Below, piece by piece: positions 41,539-46,623 of a stretch of 46,623 nucleotides of DNA. A program made the position numbers and the translations under genes. This DNA comes from Gemmatimonadales bacterium (lineage in GTDB: Bacteria > Gemmatimonadota > Gemmatimonadetes > Gemmatimonadales > GWC2-71-9): assembly GCA_036276435.1 (NCBI GenBank), contig DASUOW010000152.1, forward strand, positions 1-46,623, read 5' to 3'. How positions within the stretch are numbered: position 1 is the first letter of the stretch; every line of letters begins with the position of its first letter. Below the pieces are notes generated by a model. The model did no database searches. It was not told the origin of the DNA and worked only from the letters and a program-made list of their open reading frames with translations.

Positions 41539-43161
41539 TCAGCAGAGCACCAGCGAGACCGCGAGGCCGCCTTCCGAGGTCTCCTTGTACTTCGCGTTCA
41601 TCTCCTTCGCGGTGAGCGCCATGGCGTTCACCGTGGTGTCGAAGTCGACCCGGCGGTCGATCGGGATCTCGTTGCTGGCGATCATGAACCCGACCCACGA
41701 CTTCACGGCCCCGAACGCGCAGCGTTCGATGCACGGCACCTGCACGAATCCCGCGACCGGGTCGCAGGTCATGCCGAGGTGGTGCTCCAGCGCCGATTCG
41801 GCCGAGTTGGCCACCACCTGATGCGGGAAGCCGTGCGCCTCGGCGAGGAAGGCCGCGCCCATCGCGGACGCCACCCCGATCTCGGCCTGACAGCCGCCCT
41901 CGGCGCCGGCCAGCGTCGCGTTGTGCTTGCACAGGTAGCCGATGCACGCCGCGGCGAGCATGCCCTTGCGGATCTTCTCCTGCGACAGCTTCCGGCCCCC
42001 GCCCTCGCCCACGATGTAGACCAGGGCCGGCATCACGCCCGCCGAGCCGCCGGTCGGTGCCGTCACGACCAGGTGACCGCGGGCGTTCTCCTCCGAGCCC
42101 GCGAGCGCATACGCCGCCACCACGCCGACGCCGCGCTGGCCCTGGTACTCGTCGTCCATGGCGCGCTTGTAGACCTCGCCGGCCTTCGTCTTCAGCTTGA
42201 TGGGGCCGGGGAGCGTGGCGACCGGTGCATTCAGGCCCGACTTCACGATGTTGGTCATCGCGGTCGTGATCTTGTCGATGAATGCGTTGATCTCGGCCTC
42301 GCTCCGCCCCGAGACGGCCATCTCGTTCGCCATGACCAGCTGCGATATCGATAGCTTGTGCTTGTCGGCGTGCGCCTGCAGCTCCTTCATCGTCGAATAG
42401 GGGTACTTGGGAGCCCCCTTCTTGGGCGGCTCGTAGCCCTTCCACTCGATGAAGCCGCCGCCCACCGAGTAGTACTCCAGCTCGTGCAGCACCTCGGGGC
42501 CGGCCATCAGCTTGCACGTCATGGTATTGGCGTGCGGGAACTCGCCCTTGGGCGCGTCGTAGATGATGTCCTTGAGCGAGACGTCGAACGACTTCTCGCC
42601 CAGCTTCACCGGGAAGCTCTGGTCCGGCTTCGCGGCCAGTTCGTCGAGGAACAGCGGGTCGATCGTCGCCGGCTCCTTGCCGATCACGCCGGCGAGCGCC
42701 GCGCGCTCGGTGCCGTGCCCCTTGCCGGTGGCGCTGAGGCTGCCGAAGAGGTGCACCTTCATGCCCGTGGCCTTGGCCAGGGTCTCCGGCGGGAGCTTGG
42801 TGCAGCGCTCGTAGAAGTCGTAGGTGATGCGCATCGGCCCGATGGTGTGCGAGCTCGAGGGCCCGGGACCGACCTTGTAGAACTCGTCGATCACCGTCAT
42901 CACCGGCCCCTTCGACTTCTTCGCGACGTTCAGCTCGGCCGCGAGCTTGCCGGACGCCGCCGCCGGGGGGGCGGCCGGCGCCTGGGGAAGGTCACCCTTC
43001 TTCGGTCCGGGGATGTTGCAGCCGGTGATCACCGTCGCGGCGCCGATCACGGCACTCTTCATGAGGAAGGTGCGGCGATCCATGCCTTCCGGCACTTCGT
43101 CCGAGGTGAGTTCCGGGATCGGAAAGCGCGAGGGCGCGTCTTCCCCTGTCTTGCGAGACAT
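41539..43161 (-). CDS. sdaA: Single-chain Fe-S L-serine dehydratase with an N-terminal extension of about 87 aa carrying a Tat-like signal and a lipobox
   Basis: 540 aa. The catalytic body starts around MTVIDEFYKVGPGPSSSHTIGPM. It has the beta-domain, then the alpha-domain (VTAPTGGSAGVMPA, CQAEIGVASAM, TCDPVAGFVQVPCIERCA). The extension contains GMDRRTFLMKSAVIGAATVITGC. Codon usage in the extension looks coding. The internal Met88 is an alternative start. Confidence 0.88.
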   Translation of the reverse strand: MSRKTGEDAPSRFPIPELTSDEVPEGMDRRTFLMKSAVIGAATVITGCNIPGPKKGDLPQAPAAPPAAASGKLAAELNVAKKSKGPVMTVIDEFYKVGPGPSSSHTIGPMRITYDFYERCTKLPPETLAKATGMKVHLFGSLSATGKGHGTERAALAGVIGKEPATIDPLFLDELAAKPDQSFPVKLGEKSFDVSLKDIIYDAPKGEFPHANTMTCKLMAGPEVLHELEYYSVGGGFIEWKGYEPPKKGAPKYPYSTMKELQAHADKHKLSISQLVMANEMAVSGRSEAEINAFIDKITTAMTNIVKSGLNAPVATLPGPIKLKTKAGEVYKRAMDDEYQGQRGVGVVAAYALAGSEENARGHLVVTAPTGGSAGVMPALVYIVGEGGGRKLSQEKIRKGMLAAACIGYLCKHNATLAGAEGGCQAEIGVASAMGAAFLAEAHGFPHQVVANSAESALEHHLGMTCDPVAGFVQVPCIERCAFGAVKSWVGFMIASNEIPIDRRVDFDTTVNAMALTAKEMNAKYKETSEGGLAVSLVLC

Positions 43162-43292
43162 AGGCCACCTGTCCTTGGATGCGAGTGCGTGGGGGCGAGA
43201 CTACCTCACCATCTCGAATGTGACGGCGCTCGCCGGCGTCGGCTACTCGCAATTCTCTCAGGTGGCCCGACGATGAAAGGACGGTGAAGGGA

Positions 43293-44696
43293 TCATGGCC
43301 GCGGCACCACCGCGAGCTCCCGCACCAGCCGGTAGAGGAATTCCTGCCCCTCGTAGAACGACTCCACCTTCATCCGCTCGTCCCGCCCGTGCGCCCGGTT
43401 GTCCTCGATGTCGCCGAAGAGGCCCGAGACGCCGTACACCGGGATGCCCGCGTTGCGGAAGAAGATGCCGTCGGTGGCGCCCGTGCTCATGAAGGGCACG
43501 ACCGGCACGCCGGGCCACATGCTCGCCGTCTGGCGCTCGATGGCGCCGAGGATCGCGGGATCGAGCGGCGTGGGGTCGCTCACCACGCCGGAATGGGCCT
43601 CGCGCAGCACCGAGATCGCGACGCCGGGATCGTCGATCGCGCGGGCCAGCGCGGCCTGGACCTCCTCGGGCCGCTCGCCGGGCAGCAGGCGGCAGTTCAC
43701 GGTGGCGCGCGCCTGCTGCGGCAGCGCATTCGAGGCGTGGCCCGCCTCCACGAGCGTCGCCACGCAGGTGGTGCGGAGGATGGCGCGCGTGAGCGGCTCG
43801 GCGTCGAGTGCGGTGAGGGCGGCCCGGTCGGCGGGGTTGCGCGCGATGGCGGCCATGGACTGGCCGAGGGGACCCGGCTCGAGCGGCGCCATGCGGCGGA
43901 AGTACTCGCGCGTGGTCTCGTTGAGGCGCGCGGGGAACTCGACCGCCTGCACCTTGAGCAGTGCCGCCGCGAGCCGGTAGATCGGCGTGTCCTTCCGCGG
44001 GATCGAGCTGTGGCCGCCCCGGTCGCGCGCCTCGAGCACGAACGACTGGTAGACCTTCTCCGTCGTCTGCACCCGGTTGGCGAGCCGCTTGCCGTCGCGC
44101 CGGGCGCCGCCGCCGCCCTCGTTGAGCACGAATGCGCTGCGCACGAGCGCCGGGTGCTCCTTCACGAGCCAGGCAGCGCCGTTGTCGGGGCCGCCCTCCT
44201 CGTCGGCGGTGAGGGCCACGATCAGGTCGCGGTCGGGCACGAAGCCCTCGCGCCGGTACCGGATCAGGTTGGCGATCCAGATGGCGGCCATCGCCTTGTC
44301 GTCCACCGTGCCGCGGCCGTAGAACCAGCCGTCCTGCTCGGTGAGCTCGAAGGGCGCGATCGTCCAGTCGCTCGCGCGCGCCTCGACCACGTCGATGTGC
44401 GCGAGCAGCAGGATCGGCGGCGCCGCGCCGCGGCCGCGATAGCGCGCGACCAGGTTGCCCTTCCGCGCCACGGGCTCGAGCACCTGCACGTCCTCCTTCG
44501 GCAGGCCGGCGGCCAGGAGCCGCTTCGCCATCGCCTCGGCGGCGACGGTGGTGCTGCCGGTGGAGTGCGACGTGTTGATGCCGACGAGCTCCGCGTAGAT
44601 CTCGCGCGCCAGCGCCTTGTCGAGCGGCGGGGAGTTCGGGATGGACTGGGCGGCAAGGGGCGCGGCAAGCAGCAGCAGCGCGACGGGGAGACGCAT
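43293..44696 (-). CDS. Secreted M20/M25/M40 family metallopeptidase
   Basis: 467 aa with the signal peptide MRLPVALLLLAAPLAAQS. It has M20 metal and catalytic motifs (LLAHIDVV, GRGTVDDK, TADEEGG). Confidence 0.85.
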   Translation of the reverse strand: MRLPVALLLLAAPLAAQSIPNSPPLDKALAREIYAELVGINTSHSTGSTTVAAEAMAKRLLAAGLPKEDVQVLEPVARKGNLVARYRGRGAAPPILLLAHIDVVEARASDWTIAPFELTEQDGWFYGRGTVDDKAMAAIWIANLIRYRREGFVPDRDLIVALTADEEGGPDNGAAWLVKEHPALVRSAFVLNEGGGGARRDGKRLANRVQTTEKVYQSFVLEARDRGGHSSIPRKDTPIYRLAAALLKVQAVEFPARLNETTREYFRRMAPLEPGPLGQSMAAIARNPADRAALTALDAEPLTRAILRTTCVATLVEAGHASNALPQQARATVNCRLLPGERPEEVQAALARAIDDPGVAISVLREAHSGVVSDPTPLDPAILGAIERQTASMWPGVPVVPFMSTGATDGIFFRNAGIPVYGVSGLFGDIEDNRAHGRDERMKVESFYEGQEFLYRLVRELAVVPRP

Positions 44697-44857
44697 GAGG
44701 GCGAATCCTGACGATGGAAGGAGTGGTGGAGGATCGTGCGGCGCGGTTTGCGAGGCAAGAGGCGCCGCTGTGCGTCGATATGATGACGGGGGCCGGTCGG
44801 CACCGCGCGATCATGGGGCATGCCCCCTTGCGTCCCTTCTCCCGCCGAGCCGACTAT

Positions 44858-45402
44858 ATGGGCATGGCTGCGCCGCTCTACTACAGCGCCGAGATGGTCC
44901 GGCAACTGCCGGACGACGGCAACCGGTACGAGGTCGTGCACGGGGAGCTGCTGGTGACCCCGTCGCCACGGCCTCTCCACCAGCTCGTGCTCGCCCGGCT
45001 GCAGCTCGCGGTCGGGAAGTATCTGGAGCGCGAGCCCATCGGCGTGCTGCTGTCCTCGCCGGCAGACATCTCGTGGGCGCCCGATGTGCTCGTCCAGCCC
45101 GACCTGTTCGCCGTGGACATGGACGAGGCGCGCACCATGACGTGGGCGCGCATGCAGCACCTGCCGCTGGTGGTGGAGGTCCTGAGTCCGTCCTCCACCC
45201 GGGCCGATCGCTTCACCAAGCGACGGCTCTACCAGGAAGTCGGCGTGCCACTCTACTGGATGGTGGATGCGGACGCGCAGCTGGTGGAGCGCTGGACGCC
45301 CGACATGACCTTTCCCGCCTTCGAACGCGAACGGCTCGCGTGGCACCCCGAGGGGGCCCGCGAGCCGTTCACGCTGGATCTCGTCGAGCTCTTCCGGCCG
45401 CT

Positions 45403-45406
<4 letters not shown>
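44858..45406 (+). CDS. Uma2 family (DUF820) PD-(D/E)xK nuclease-like protein
   Basis: I chose the ATG at 44858 (the alternative is 44864) within ORF 44714..45406. [14 protein letters not shown]...QPDLFAV...[10 protein letters not shown]...[17 protein letters not shown] matches the Uma2 pattern. Confidence 0.8.

Positions 45407-46623
<1,217 letters not shown>

Noticed and set aside
43240-43267. A sigma-54-like GGCCAC...TTGC element upstream of sdaA (minus strand GGCCACCTGAGAGAATTGC).
   Set aside because: The GG-to-GC register is 17 nt instead of 12, which is incompatible with a -24/-12 promoter.

Overview
This is a very GC-rich bacterial chromosomal segment (by eye about two-thirds to 70% G+C, not computed). 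It is densely coding: I support 47 CDS, mostly on the minus strand. Many are joined by ATGA/GTGA/TGATG start-stop overlaps, which suggests long translationally coupled operons. The ORF track also contains many long antisense or over-extended 'shadow' ORFs typical of high-GC DNA, which I rejected. I found no rRNA, tRNA, CRISPR array, transposase, integrase or phage genes.

Gene content, left to right:
- metH(partial)-metF, preceded by a structured leader (candidate SAM-II-like riboswitch plus intrinsic terminator).
- An operon of soluble acyl-ACP desaturase, lipoprotein, YggT and YggU.
- A GNAT gene and trxC (zinc-finger thioredoxin).
- An operon of lipoprotein, CutA, small secreted protein, YfcC transporter and Tat-amidase.
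- An orphan molybdate/tungstate-type binding protein.
- pruA plus a coupled secreted protein, then a ferritin-like protein.
- A co-directional block of about 9.3 kb (23456 down to 14149): HAMP histidine kinase, sigma-54 (NtrC-type) activator, repeats and a -24/-12 promoter, pqqA (24 aa, absent from the ORF track), hairpin, pqqB, a signal-peptide protein, pqqC, pqqD, pqqE, ABC ATPase, ABC-2 permease and a SAM methyltransferase.
- A TPR protein and a double-domain M16 peptidase.
- GGT, an AdoMetDC-like protein and a GalU-like nucleotidyltransferase.
- A divergent CDP-alcohol phosphatidyltransferase plus OsmC.
- Two small divergent ORFs flanking a palindrome-rich spacer, then DsbA-like and Kup.
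- A fermentative operon: sdaA (with a Tat/lipobox N-terminal extension), pta, ackA, pflB, pflA and a zinc-ribbon metallopeptidase.
- An M20 peptidase, a Uma2 nuclease and acs (partial).

Three intergenic REP/MITE-like palindromic repeats are present.

The best candidate for something undescribed is the extended, sigma-54-controlled pqq supra-operon, with an embedded secreted protein and a translationally coupled ABC-2 exporter and methyltransferase. The second candidate is the Tat-lipoprotein-type L-serine dehydratase heading a serine-to-acetate/formate operon.

All functional calls rest on my reading of the translated motifs. No database search was run.
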